A stretch of 64,000 bases of DNA from Eledone cirrhosa (lineage: Eukaryota): contig OZ024748.1 of assembly GCA_964016885.1 (NCBI GenBank), positions 32,984,001 through 33,048,000 on the forward strand, in the 5' to 3' direction. The position numbers were made by a program, and so were the translations under genes. The notes beneath the pieces were generated by a model. It ran no database searches. It was not told the DNA's origin and saw nothing but the letters and a program-made list of their open reading frames with translations. Within the stretch, counting starts at the first letter, position 1; every line of letters starts with the position of its first letter. Below are positions 1 to 14,074 of this stretch, in pieces.

Positions 1-158
1 GTATATGTCTATGTATTTATATGTGTATATGTATGTGTCTCTATATGTATGCGTGTGTGTATGTATATGTGTATTTATATGGTGTGTGTATGTATATGTA
101 TGTGTATGTATGTGTTTGTGTATATGTGTATGTATATGTATATGTATGTATATGTATG

Positions 159-215
<57 letters not shown>

Positions 216-320
216 ATCGATGTATATTTTATATTTTACTTGTTTATATATGTGTGTATGTATAAATATATGTGTATATATATATATGTGTGTGTGTATG
301 TATATATATTATATATATAT
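1..320. repeat. (TA)n/(TG)n compound microsatellite
   Basis: Directly visible; the ORFs here are YI/CV low-complexity artefacts. Confidence 0.95.
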
Positions 321-1134
321 ATTTTCTTGATATATTTCTTTTTTCTTTTTCTTTTCTTTTTATTTCTAAGTTTATAGATACATTTATAAATAGGCAGTCT
401 GCTGACACCGGTGAATACTGACCTCTCCCCCCCCCACCTACTTTCTGTATCTGGATCTAAATGTGTGTGGCAGTGTTTATGTGCGCGCATTAATATCCAT
501 ATGCTTATGATAATAGTATATACACACATATATATGTGTGTGGGGGTGTATGTGTGTATGTATGTTCGTGGTTGTGTGTATGTGTATGCGTATACGCGCG
601 TGTGTGTGTGAATGTACGTATATGTGTGACTATATGAATGTGTGTATATATTTATTTTATATTTATATATGTGTGTACGTATTTTATCTGTAGATTATAA
701 ACATACAGAGACATTAGCCTTGAATTTTTGTATTTACATACATCTTTTTGGCAAGCGTATGCATGTGAACATATATCTTTATGCATATCTGTGAACGAAG
801 TTACTTATATGCATTTTATACACACACCTAACTGTATAAACTTTTTGTATTTTCATTGGTCAATTTGAACTCTGTTCCCAAACAGACCTGTAATTTTGAA
901 TTGTTGTTATTATCAATAAATATATTTCATTATTCCTGAAGACGGCATATATATGTGTTTGGTATGTATATTTAATTTTGATAGTTTGTATAATTTTGTA
1001 TAATTTTGTACATAGATCTGTTGAATATGCATGCCAATTCTAACACATATATATCCTAGAAACGATCGTTAAATAATGAACTTTTTTTGTTTAATATAAG
1101 GAACTGTTTCATTGTTTTATTCATTATTTTTTTA

Positions 1135-1141
<7 letters not shown>
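321..1141 (+). mobile_element. Probable 3' remnant (UTR/pLTR) of a Penelope-like element
   Basis: Non-coding segment bounded by (TA)n and ending in an HHR plus short tail, the same layout as the PLE 3' ends elsewhere in the window. Confidence 0.5.
926..1080 (+). ncRNA. Type I hammerhead ribozyme with very long stem II (decayed)
   Basis: Stem I ttcattatt/aataatgaa; CTGAAGA 936-942; stem II atatatatgtgtt/aacacatatatat plus tggtatgtatatttaa/ttgaatatgcatgcca (G-U pairs); GAAAC 1059-1063; palindromic stem III AACGATCGTT. Confidence 0.75.
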
Positions 1142-1170
<29 letters not shown>

Positions 1171-1173
<3 letters not shown>

Positions 1174-2062
1174 GGTGCTGACGATATGTGTTCGCAATTT
1201 TCAACTGCTACTCTTATGCAAATTTTTTTAACTTCCGTTGTCAGTCTTGTCTTCATAAAAACAGTGACTATATTTCCATTATTTATTTTCAAAATAATTG
1301 ATTATGAATAATTTTGAACCTCCAAATTTGTGGAAGAGACACGGACTTCTTCTTGGAATCCGCGCCGAGAGGACAAATAAGGCCAGAAGATCAACTCCCA
1401 GAACAACAGGTGGCTCGCTGTCTCATCCAAAGACGTGCCCTGAGTCATGCAGACAAAGTTTCCAGCGACAACATTGGTCTTAGGTGTCATCAGCGGTCAA
1501 GTTGACGTCGTGCCACCTCACTTCTTCCCTGAGGGCCTCAAGCTGAACACCAATGGCTACATCCGCGTTCTGAGCGAGGTAGTAAAGCCCTGGATCGACG
1601 AGGTAGCTGCAGGTTAGCCGTACGTATGGCAGCAAGACTCAGCGCCCTGCCATACCAGCCGAAAGACCCAAGCCTGGTTGTCAGAGAACTTCGTCGACCA
1701 CACTTCACTTGACATCTGGCCTCCCAGCTCGCCTGACTGCAACCCCCTCGACTTCTTTGTGTGGAGCGCAGTGGAACGGGACACTAACAGATCTAGGTGC
1801 AATACGAAAGACGATCTGAAGGCCAGGATCACAAGTGCCTTTAGGGGCCTAAGTCGGGGGACAGTGACGAAGGACTGTAGCCGGTTCCGAGGCCGCCTTG
1901 AGGCCATCACTAAAGCCAATGGTGGGTTTATCGAGTGAGATCGAAAGAACAAGTCATGAAGACAAACTGACCCGAGTTTGATAAATAAATCTTAAAAAAT
2001 AAAACTACTGTGTTACTTTTTCCTAGACAGTAATCTTGCGAACAGATATTGTCCGCACCCTG
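1171..2062 (+). mobile_element. Tc1/mariner DD37D (maT-type) DNA transposon, internally deleted
   Basis: TIRs cagggtgctgacgatatgtgttcgcaa / ttgcgaacagatattgtccgcaccctg, flanked by TA; carries a transposase remnant. Confidence 0.9.
1304..1938 (+). pseudogene. DD37D transposase remnant
   Basis: QQDSAPCH...WPPSSPDCNPLD with 37 residues between the last two Asp; ends GGFIE. The N-terminus is joined to the catalytic domain by a deletion and there are in-frame stops. Confidence 0.85.
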
Positions 2063-2323
2063 TATATATATACACACACAATTTTCTCTCCCCTACATCA
2101 GTCTTACACTGTCATATCTATTCTTACTTTACAATTGTGTCTACTAAGAGTTCCATTACAATCTGCAGTAGTAAAACTACTATTTCACCAGAACATCTGT
2201 TATCAGTCATATATGTATATACATATCTATATGTATATAAAAGCTAAACAGAATTAACAACACAATCGGTACAGTATATGGAAGGGATATATTAGGTTAA
2301 CACTTGATATAGCAGGAAGAGGG

Positions 2324-2359
2324 TCTTAACGTTTTGGACGCTAGTCCTTCATCAGAAGA
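2324..2359 (-). ncRNA. Minimal hammerhead-like motif, degenerate (G12>A)
   Basis: Minus strand reads tctt-CTGATGA-a-ggac-tagc-gtcc-AAAAC-GTT-aaga. Confidence 0.5.
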
Positions 2360-2803
2360 AAGAATGAGAAATAAAATAGATTGAGCAGATGGGTTGGAAT
2401 TGGGAAAATGTCTTTAGGTAAAAATATCTATATAACGTAATGTAATACAGCCAAAAGGGCACATATTGGGAAAATATTTTGAAAGGAAGTTGACCCTGAA
2501 ATGGGAATACAAATGGAATAAAACAAGTTTTGAGTAAATCGGAGCAGGTGTTCCCGAGATATGGGGTTTCTGGGGTACCTTCATAAACAGAGAGAGAGAG
2601 AGAGAGTGATAGAGAGGAAGAAAGAGTTGTTGTGACAGAATAGATTGAAAGAGAGACAAAGAGAGAAGGAGAGCTGGAGTGTTGTGTATATATATATATA
2701 TATGAGTTTGTGTGTGTATGTGTGTATGACCAGTATATTTCGATCACAGACACCCACATATATATATACACACATATTTATATATATGTATATACACACA
2801 CAC

Positions 2804-2856
<53 letters not shown>

Positions 2857-2956
2857 CCTTACAGTTTCACATTATATACATGTCTGTATAAAATTATTTT
2901 GAGGTGAACGTTACCCAAAGGGTCACTGGTGGTCTACATACATATATATATATATA

Positions 2957-3296
2957 TGTAGCAGGAGTTGTCTCCCTGGTTGTGACACTCACAACCTCAA
3001 TAGATTAACACCATCTAGACAGGAAGTAGCACCCTTTCTGTAATTTCCGTTTAGAACCCTATAAAACTAACAACTTTAAGTTCTCACTCTCTCATTTTGC
3101 CTTCCGGCGCCTGGCCTTTGCCAGGCGTCTTCTGCCAGCCGCGTTTGCCTGGCAATCAAAACGGTAACTACTAACTTTGCTTCATTCTTTCGTTTATTCA
3201 TTGACATGTCAACTATACTGTTAAATTGTTGATTAAATATTATACACACAAACCATGTCTCCTTGTTACATTCATACAACCCAGTTTTCCGCTATA
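2957..3296 (+). mobile_element. Probable solo LTR
   Basis: Starts TGTAGCA; a diverged homologous copy lies on the minus strand at 45727-46074 with TG...CA termini. Confidence 0.6.
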
Positions 3297-4107
3297 TATA
3301 TATATATATGTAGAGGTTATATTTAATTTGTTAGGATACAACAAGCAAAATATTTTTATAACTGATATATAGCACTCAACAAATTATTGGAGTAAATATA
3401 CAATATATTAACAAATGGAAACTATATTTATAAAACCATATTTATTTCATTATACATATTTGGTGTGCTTTCATCAGATAAAATATAATATAGGTTAGTT
3501 TTATAAATAAATATTGACATACACTGAAAAAATGCAACCATTCTGGTTGGAATCTCCTGGATAGTGGAGTTATTAGATTTATTGTTGGTTTATTATGCAA
3601 ATTAGTGTCGGAAAGGTTTAAATAACAGTATATTTAAATTAAGCCGTTGGAATAGGGAAAAAAGAAAGAAAGAGAAAAAAACCTGAGTATATTTAAGTGA
3701 GAGAGAATAGCGTAATTTTGAGAGAAGATGCGAAGAAATGAATATAGCGTGGATGAATACCGTAGCATGGATAAACAATAAATAATAAAGCGTGGATAAA
3801 TAATAATATCCGGATTCATTATAATGATAAGTTGAAGAATTTTATCTAATGTTTAATTAATAAATTTGATTAAATGTTTAATTAATAATTTATCAATTCA
3901 ATCCGTAGTTTAAATGTTTAAATGTGTATGTTAGATTATTAAAATTGAGACCTATATATTATTAAAGAATATATATTATTAAAATATATATTATTACAAA
4001 ATATGTTATTATTACAAAACCATATATAATTTTATTAATTATTAATTAATTATTTTAAAAAATTTGTAAGTTTAAAATATCCGAATATTCCTAAGCCCAT
4101 GGAAATT

Positions 4108-5202
4108 CCATTTCACAAAATAAACGAGAACTTAAACTACGTTAATTTTAATTCCAATCACCCCAGATCCGTTAAAAACACTATAGTAAAATCTGTGCAG
4201 CAACGTATTTCTAGAATTTCAGCTAATAAGAATATTTTTGAAGATAAAGTGCAATATTATAACGAAGCGTTAGGTAGAGCTGGATATAGTAATAAAATTA
4301 AATACATTGATAATAATTGTTTCTACTTTTTGTCACAAGGCCAGCAATTACTCAGTGTATTACTGGTACTTTATTTTATCGACCCCGTAAGGATGAAAGG
4401 CAAAGTTAACCTCGGCGGGAATGATATGACAAATAACCATAATTTTAACAACTATAATAGAAAACCTTACAATAATTCAAAAAACCAAAAAAGAAACAGA
4501 ACTAGGAATATATTATGGTTCGCTCCTCCTTTCTCATTAAGTATTAAAACTCCTATTGCTAAATTATTCTTTAAAGCTCTATGCTTCCCTAGAACACATA
4601 GGTATTACTCAATATTTAATAGACATACTATAAAATTAACGTATTCAACCACCAGTAATTTAGCGCAGAATATTAATAGAATTAATAATAGAAACTTAAA
4701 ACCTAACCAGAATACCATTAATAACCCCAGCAATATCCAACTGAATAATACGGCTCATAGAAACTTAAATTTTGATAAATGTAACTGTAGAAATAAATCT
4801 AACTGTCCGTTAAATAACAATTGTTTTGTTAAAAATATAGTATATAATTGTAATGTAAAAACTAATTTAAATTCATTTAATTACATAGGCTCTACCTCCA
4901 CAGGTTTTAAATCCCGTTTTAATAACCATAAATGTTCTTTTACGAATATAAATAAAAAATCTTCAACTTCTCTATCTAATTTACTATGGGACCTAAAATC
5001 AAAGAACACTAACTATTCTTTACTTTGGAATATTATCTCCAAAGCTCCTCCATTCAATGCCTCTTCTGAAAATTGTGCTCTTTGTATAGAGGAAATATTC
5101 TTTATATTAAAAAGTAAGAATTCTGTTAATTTAAGGAATAATCTTTTCAGTTCTTGCAAACATAGATTGAACTCAACGTTTAAATATATATATAAAATGT
5201 AA
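4108..5202 (+). pseudogene. PLE RT C-terminus + GIY-YIG endonuclease (truncated)
   Basis: SNHPRS, FNRHTIKLTYS, CNCRNKSNCPL, IVY...YIGST...RF..HK, CALCIEE, CKH. Confidence 0.9.
4318..4422 (-). mobile_element. SINE family A fragment inserted in the PLE ORF
   Basis: Matches 11205-11388 (actggtactttattttatcgaccccgtaaggatgaaaggcaaag). Confidence 0.85.
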
Positions 5203-5530
5203 TACATAACTCCTCTTTATTAAACCTATCGATAATTCATTAGATTCCTTCAAACGACTGCTTATAACTCTCTTAAAAGAACATTTTTTTCTTGAAAAAC
5301 TTTTCTTGATAAAGGTACTGTAAGATTTGAAGAAGGATTTTTTTGAAAATTCCTATGATGGGTATAAGGAAACTATAATTCAGAATTCATATTTTATACT
5401 GGGTATTTTATTTTCTATATTCTTATATTTTTAAAAATTATAGTTCATATTTTACATTGTATATTTTATATTTATATATTTTTTCAAATGCTTAATATAT
5501 ATATATATATATATAGTTTTAATATAGATG

Positions 5531-5581
5531 AGATTCTACAGGACTAGAACTGTTTCATTCATTAGAAATCATCAGGAATCT
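5531..5581 (-). ncRNA. Type I hammerhead ribozyme, core intact
   Basis: agattc-CTGATGA-tttc-taat-gaat-GAAA-cag-ttctagtc-ctg-TA-gaatct; GUA cleavage triplet. Confidence 0.85.
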
Positions 5582-6039
5582 GGGTATCAAAAAATAAATA
5601 TGGTATTTATAGGTCTCTACAAGTGGTAGGAGAGGGTGGGGAGTGGGATGGGTGCAGGTCATTGGTTGATAGAAAAGGGAATTCATTAAAAGCTAATTCT
5701 ACAAAGCTATAGTTTATTTTTATTTATTTATGTTTTTAGAGTAACAAGGGCAGACAGAATTCTATAAACAGGTTCCGGATGGCATACCATTCCTTGTCAT
5801 TAAGTTTCTCTTAAGCTAACAGATGTCTATAAAATCAGTGGGGGGTCGATAGAATTAAAGAAAAGGGAGATTCTTTAAAAGCTAAAATCATTAATGACAA
5901 AGGTCTAGAGAATTCTGCAGACAGATTCAAAATACTGAGTGCATATCTTACTATTATCTTCGAACTTCTCTTAAACTAATCAACTATATTCCAAAAATCA
6001 ACAGACACATTCACAAAAAAACAAAAAAACCACATACTC

Positions 6040-7436
<1,397 letters not shown>

Positions 7437-7489
7437 TCCGGAGTTATTAATATTAAAATACAAATATTAATAAAATAGATGTTCTTTTG

Positions 7490-7559
7490 ATCAATTACAT
7501 TTTATTATACATATTTCGGATTTACAACAGTACGTCCTCATCAGACAAAATATAATGAT
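7490..7559 (-). ncRNA. Type I hammerhead ribozyme (inverted pLTR copy)
   Basis: Reverse complement of 12513-12582 with one stem II difference. Confidence 0.8.
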
Positions 7560-8390
7560 ACATGACATACCCTGAGATGTTAAATGGTTAAGATTTAATC
7601 AAGGTAGTGATTAACCTAAGAGAAAATTTGACATATATACCCTAATTATGAGAAAATGAGAAAACGTAATAAATTCAATAGAGAATTAGTGAGTAAGAAA
7701 AACGTTGCTTAATGTAACAGTTATAGAGATTTTAAAATGTATGATACTACAATTTATCTAGGAAAACATCTCATGAATCATAACAGCCAGTGATAGCCCC
7801 TGGAAAAGGATTTATAGAGAGGGAAAGATAAAAGGGGGGGGGGTGATATATGCAGAAGGAGATTTTTCCCGAAAGTTAAACAGTTAATTTTGAAAATATT
7901 TAATTTATAATTTTAGGGTGAAGAATCAAGATTTCGGGATTTTTTTGCTGGTTATTTATATATTAGTTTTATAAATTCTATAAGTATCTTTACATTTCTA
8001 AGCTTCTGATTTTTATGAGGGTAACATTTAAAGGATTTAGCTGGTACATCAAGAATGAAATTTTATACTGTTGATTATTTTCCTAAATTTAAACTTTAAC
8101 AAAGATACCAACATATTAGGTATGTAAAGCTTTTGAAGTACTTATTGTTAGAAATATTTAAATAACGATTATGTATATAGATATATATTAATGAGCCAGT
8201 ATATTTTAGGTAAATAATAACGACGAAGATAAAAATAAAATAATAGATTGAGGCATGTTAAGGTTAAATATACACCTATATATAACTGGGTGTAAATGCA
8301 TTAATTATTCTTTAACGAAGATACCAACATATACATTGCTCCCAACTGGTTGAGCGCTTTTCTATACAATAGATTGCATATTCAATAAAT

Positions 8391-10665
8391 ATGGATTTCT
8401 TAAACTACCCGACTTCCCTCAAAGATATACCCATACATTCAAATGAAGAATACATGAAGAAAACTATCGAACAGACAAACTCTTTTATTAGAAGATTGAG
8501 ATGGAGAGCTTTTCATTTCGAAAATAAAGATGCTGAAAGAAAAACCAACAACAATCATTTTGAATCCTTATTTAAATCAAGAATAATTCCTCCATACAAC
8601 AAACTTCTGGGGGTTTTTGAAACAGAAATGCTCGATATAATCAAAAAAATTAAATTTAGGAAAAACCCATATATAGGTCACCAATACCTCAGAACTCTAA
8701 AAGATAAAATCACTGAAATAAAAAATGTTAACAAAGTACTGGGTAAATCGGACAAACCTAATAATTTATATGGGATAGGCAAAGATGAATATAACAACCT
8801 TTTGAAAGAACTTAGGAAAAACTACAAAAAAGCCCCGGCTGTGGATCTTACTGAAATTAATGAAGAAGCCTACAAATTAATTACCAATTTAGGAATAGAA
8901 GGAAGAACTGAGCCATTCTTACCTAGACAGCCGAGGATTAACCTGAAGGATCATAAAAGAAACTTTAAGGAAGAGATGCCAGTTAGACTGATTGCTCCAT
9001 CGAAATCGGATATAGGAGTAATCAGTAAAAACATCATAGATAGAATATTACCCACTCTTAAATTGAGATCTAATTTGAGATTATGGAAAGATACAAACGA
9101 GGTCATAGAATGATACACGAATATTGAAGATAAGAAAAACCATAAATTCATCCAGATGGACATTATTAGCTACTATTCTTCCATAACACCTAACCTTCTA
9201 AATAAGGCACTTTCATATGCTTATAAGCATACTGATCTAACCACGGATGAAATAGATATAATACTAACAGCCAGAAGAACTCTTATTAACTTCAATAACG
9301 AATATTGGATACGCTCAGATAGAGATAGAAACTTTGATATCACTATGGGGGCATCCGATTCCGCGCAAATCACAGATCTTCTGGGAATTTTCATATTAAA
9401 CATGATAAATAGAAAACTGCCGGAGATTACCGGTGGTTTATATAGGGAGGACATTTTATTTACGGTGGTCAAACACAACAATATAGAACTAAATAGAGTA
9501 AAGAAAAGTATAATAGAATTCTTTAAAACGTACGACCTTAAATTAGAAGTAGAAAATGGTACCAAAATAGTTAATTTCCTAGACGTTACCTTTAACTTAA
9601 ACACTGGCTTCTATTACCATTTTCATAGGCCCAATGAAAACTTAAACTATGTTAGTAACTATTCAAATCACCCTAGATCTGTAAAAAAAAGCTATAGTAA
9701 ATAGTGTGCAAAAACGTATTTATAAAATATCAGCCAATAAAGATATATTTGATGAAAACGTACAACAACGCATTAAAAAGAGCAGGATATATGAATAATA
9801 TAGAATATGTAGATAATAATAATCCAAGTATTATTCCTAATAATAATAATAAAAATAATAACATATAAGAGAAACTCTAATAATTATAATTCAAACACCC
9901 ATACGCCAAATAAATCGAGAATATGAACTAGATCTAAATCAGTCATATGGTTTGCACCCCCTCCCCCTGCTTCGTTCGCAGTTAAAACACCAATTGCAAG
10001 ATTATTCTTTAACGCTCTTGACACCTCTTTCCCTACTCAACATAAATACCATTCCATTTTTAATAGACATACCATTAAATTCTCACATTCTACAACTATG
10101 AACATGGCTCAAAACATTGCCAAATTAAACACTAAAATCCTAAAACCAAACCAGCATAATGATCCTAATAATAGAGTTAACATAAACAATACTAAACCAA
10201 AATGTAATTGTAGAAATAAAACTGATTGCCCTTTGCAAAATAATTGTCTAGATAGTAATTTCGTTTATAAATGCACCGTAAAAACTGATCACAACACATA
10301 CAACTACATAAGATCGACCTCTTCGACATTCAAAGCCCGATTTGCGAACCATAAATGCTCATTCTCGAACTCTAAGAGGAAATCATCCACGTCTTTATCA
10401 CAGTTCATATGGTCATTAAAAGAGAAAAATTTAAAATACTCCATTCTTTGGACAAAACTTCGGAACTATGGAATTTACCGCAACTCTAGTATATCAAATA
10501 ACTGCGCGCTATGTACAATGGAGACCCTGTTGATTATTAATAAATATGAGACCCTAATTAACAAAAAAAAGTGAATTATTCTCTAGTTGCCTCCATAAAG
10601 CTACGTCCACTTTTTTAGCCTCCCATAAAACGAGAAAAAAAGAGAGAATAACATTAAACCATTAA
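8391..10665 (+). pseudogene. PLE polyprotein (RT + GIY-YIG), disrupted
   Basis: SLKDIP, RLRWRAFHF, KSDK, MDIISYYSSI, FDITMGASDSA, GGLYRED, NFLDVTF, CNCRNKTDCPL; in-frame TGA at 9111 and frameshifts after about 9690. Confidence 0.9.
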
Positions 10666-11204
10666 TAACTTGGTTGCCAGGAATATATAATCAACAGGGA
10701 AAAACATTAATGGCCTTTAATATTGCTTTATCTTATAGCTATCTATAGAAGAAATAACGTTCGAATGAAAGACACTTGTTCAATAACATGCCGGAACATT
10801 GATACACATAACATTATTTTATTAACTTTTAACAATACCATTATTTCTTTATTCTCTATCTATCTTCCTATCTATGTTTTAAAGTTTAGTTTAATACCCA
10901 ACCCATACATCTTTACGGAACTTATCTATAACTGTGAATTTTTAATGCATTTTTGATCTCTTTTAAATTTTAGTTTAATACCCAACCCATACATCTATAC
11001 GGAACTTATCTATAACTGTGAATTTTTAATGCGTTTTTGATCTCTTATTTATAGTATAATATAATATAGTATATTATAATATGTATATAATTATAGTTTT
11101 ATATATTTTTAAATATACCTACTGCACTTTAAAATCTAAAATTTAAAACAGATTCAAACTTATATATAAATGTGAATTTTTGATCTCTTATTTATAATAT
11201 AATT

Positions 11205-11388
11205 GTTTCTACTTTAGGAACAAGGCCAGCAATAACCCAGTGCATTACTGGTACTTTATTTTATCGACCCCGTAAGGATGAAAGGCAAAGTCAACCTCGG
11301 CAGGATTTGAACTCAGATCGTAAAGGCACGTAACTATGCTGGAAAGCATGGCGTCCGACCCTCTACCGATACTGCCAATCCACCGCCC
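11205..11388 (-). mobile_element. tRNA-derived SINE family A, full length
   Basis: Minus-strand A box tggcagtatcgg, B box gagttcaaatcc, central gcctttcatcc...ggggtcgataaa...gtaccag domain; many fragments elsewhere (15620, 16555, 46255, 49390-49862, 51616). Confidence 0.85.
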
Positions 11389-12512
11389 CATGGTTTATTT
11401 ATAATATAATGTATTATAATATGTATGTAATTATATATTATATTTTATATATTTTTAAATATATCTACCGCATTTCTATATCCATGATTCAAATATAGAG
11501 AAAATATCCAAACTAAAAATTATTATAGACATTATTTTGAACTCTGAATTATCCATGCACTTATTATTGTTTTTCTTATATATATGTATTTAAATGTAAG
11601 ACGTTAAACTCTATTTTATAAAATTATAACCGTTATCATTTACCTAAAGTATACTGCACCACTAATACCTAAAATATATCTATATATACCTCCCTATATC
11701 TTCTTATACATAATTTTTAGTTAACTTCTAAATTTCTTGATTATGTATACTCTGAACTAAGAATAATTAATGCATTTACACCCTGTTATATATAGGTGTA
11801 TATTTAACCTTAACATGCCTCAATCTATTATTTTATTTTTATCTTCGTCGTTATTATTTACCTAAAATATACTGGCTCATTAATATATATCTATATACAT
11901 AATCGTTATTTAAATATTTCTAACAATAAGTACTTCAAAAGCTTTACATACCTAATATGTTGGTATCTTTGTTAAAGTTTAAATTTAGGAAAATAATCAA
12001 CAGTATAAAATTTCATTCTTGATGTGCCAGCTAAATCCTTTAAATGTTACCCTCATAAAAATCAGAAGCTTAGAAATGTAAAGACACTTATAGAATTTAT
12101 AAAACTAATATATAAATAACCAGCAAAAAAATCCCGAAATCTTGATTCTTCACCCTAAAATTATAAATTAAATATTTTCAAAATTAACTGTTTAACTTTC
12201 GGGAAAAATCTCCTTCTGCATATATCACCCCCCCCCCCTTTTATCTTTCCCTCTCTATAAATCCTTTTCCAGGGGCTATCACTGGCTGTTATGATTCATG
12301 AGATGTTTTCCTAGATAAATTGTAGTATCATACATTTTAAAATCTCTATAACTGTTACATTAAGCAACGTTTTTCTTACTCACACATTCTCTATTGAATT
12401 TATTACGTTTTCGCATTTTCTCATAATTAGGGTATAAATGTTAAATTTTCTCTTAGGTTAATCACTACCTTGATTAAATCTTAACCATTTAACATCTCAG
12501 AGTATGTCATGT

Positions 12513-12582
12513 ATCATTATATTTTGTCTGATGAGGACGTACTGTTGTACATCCGAAATATGTATAATAAAATGTAATTGAT
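12513..12582 (+). ncRNA. Type I hammerhead ribozyme in PLE pLTR
   Basis: atcattatattttgt-CTGATGA-ggacgtac-tgtt-gtacatcc-GAAA-tatgta-TA-ataaaatgtaattgat. Confidence 0.85.
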
Positions 12583-12637
12583 CAAAAGAACATCTATTTT
12601 ATTAATATTTGTATTTTAATATATATATATGTGTATA

Positions 12638-13108
12638 TGTATACATATATGTATGTACGTATACATACTTATATTTAAGCAACAGCCGTACTAAGAGTGG
12701 GAAATGAAATTTCGTTTCATTTTTTCCGTTTATCGTTTTCGGTGCACCCGGCCGATTAACCCACTCGATATGCAAATTGGGCTACTCAGCCGTTAATATG
12801 CATACGTTCAACAATCTGGCAGGAAGGTATGCGTTGCTGACGATAGCTAATAAGCTTGAAACTAGTACAGCCTTCCTTTGTCAGTGTTGAACAAACGAGC
12901 AACGATGGTTGCTAGACACTACGGCTTAATACGGGATGTTTGTTTACAAACACACCGAGCATTATAATAAATGTTCGGTGAATCCATACGTACATATATA
13001 TATATGTGTGCATGTATGTATATATACATACTACTGTACGTCTGTATACATATATTTAAGTAACATCCGTACTAAGAGTGGGAAATGAAATTTCGTTTCA
13101 TTTTTTCC

Positions 13109-13113
<5 letters not shown>
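12638..13113 (+). mobile_element. Retrozyme-like non-coding HHR repeat (about 381-bp period, about 1.2 units)
   Basis: Terminal redundancy (ccgtactaagagtgggaaatgaaatttcgtttcat at 12686 and 13067); diverged homologue of the 472-bp unit at 47 kb; ends in (TA)n. Confidence 0.75.
12821..12877 (+). ncRNA. Minimal type I hammerhead ribozyme, core intact
   Basis: aggaag..gttg-CTGACGA-t-agct-aata-agct-t-GAAA-ctag-TA-cagc-cttcct. Confidence 0.85.
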
Positions 13114-13159
<46 letters not shown>

Positions 13160-13180
<21 letters not shown>

Positions 13181-14074
13181 AAATGTTTATATATATATGA
13201 AATTTATACTTTAAATATATTCTATAGATATACTCTTATGAAATAATTTTTTTATGGTTTATGCTTTATATATATTCCTATGGAAAAAATGTTAAATGTT
13301 AAGACGTTATAGCAAACAAATTTATGTTTTAACAGTCATAACTGTATAACAGGTAGATTTATAAATTTATAAAATGATAACTTGCCATAAAATAACATAA
13401 GATTCATACTCTATTTACATTTTTTAACATCTTAACTTTATACCATTTAATCCTTAGAGCTATCTAAATTATTAATAAATCGCTAGCAATTTCCTTTACG
13501 CTCTACTGCTATTACAAATAAGGGATTATTCTTCTGTAAACTCTCGGAATTTCCATGGGCTTAGAAATATTCGGATATTTTAAACTTACAAATTTATTTT
13601 AAATAATTAATTAATAATTAATAAAATTATATATGGTTTTGTAATAATAACATATTTTCTAATAATATATATTTTAATCATTTATATTCTTTAATAATAT
13701 ATAGGACTCAATTTTAATAATCTAGCATACATATTTAAACATTTAAACTACGGATTGAATTGATAAATTATTAATTAAACATTTAATCAAATTTATTAAT
13801 TAAACATTAGATAAAATTCTTCAACTTATCATTATAATGAATCCGGATATTATTATTTATCCACGCTTTATTATTTATTGTTTATCCATGCTACGGTATT
13901 CATCCACGCTATATTCATTTCTTCGCCTCTTCTCTCAAAATTACGTTATTTATCCACGCTATATTCATTTCTTCGCCTCCTCTCTCAAAATTACGCTATT
14001 CTCTCTCACTTAAATATACTCAGGTTTTTTCTCTTTCTTTCTTTCTTTTTTCCTTTTCCAACGGCTTAATTTAA
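13160..14074 (+). mobile_element. PLE 3' UTR, left part (continues at 17599)
   Basis: 13546-14074 is the reverse complement of about 3634-4108. Confidence 0.75.

Larger units (their letters stand above)
3309..5500 (+). mobile_element. 5'-truncated Penelope-like element with inverted pLTR (about 3309-4108)
   Basis: RT thumb/GIY-YIG ORF preceded by the reverse complement of the 3' UTR seen at 13546-14074 plus 17599-17860; flanked by (TA)n. The HHR near 3440-3490 (-) carries a deletion. Confidence 0.85.

Noticed and set aside
9111-9113. In-frame TGA in the PLE ORF as selenocysteine or readthrough
   Set aside because: Falls at a likely Trp position (VIEW) in a copy with several other disabling lesions.
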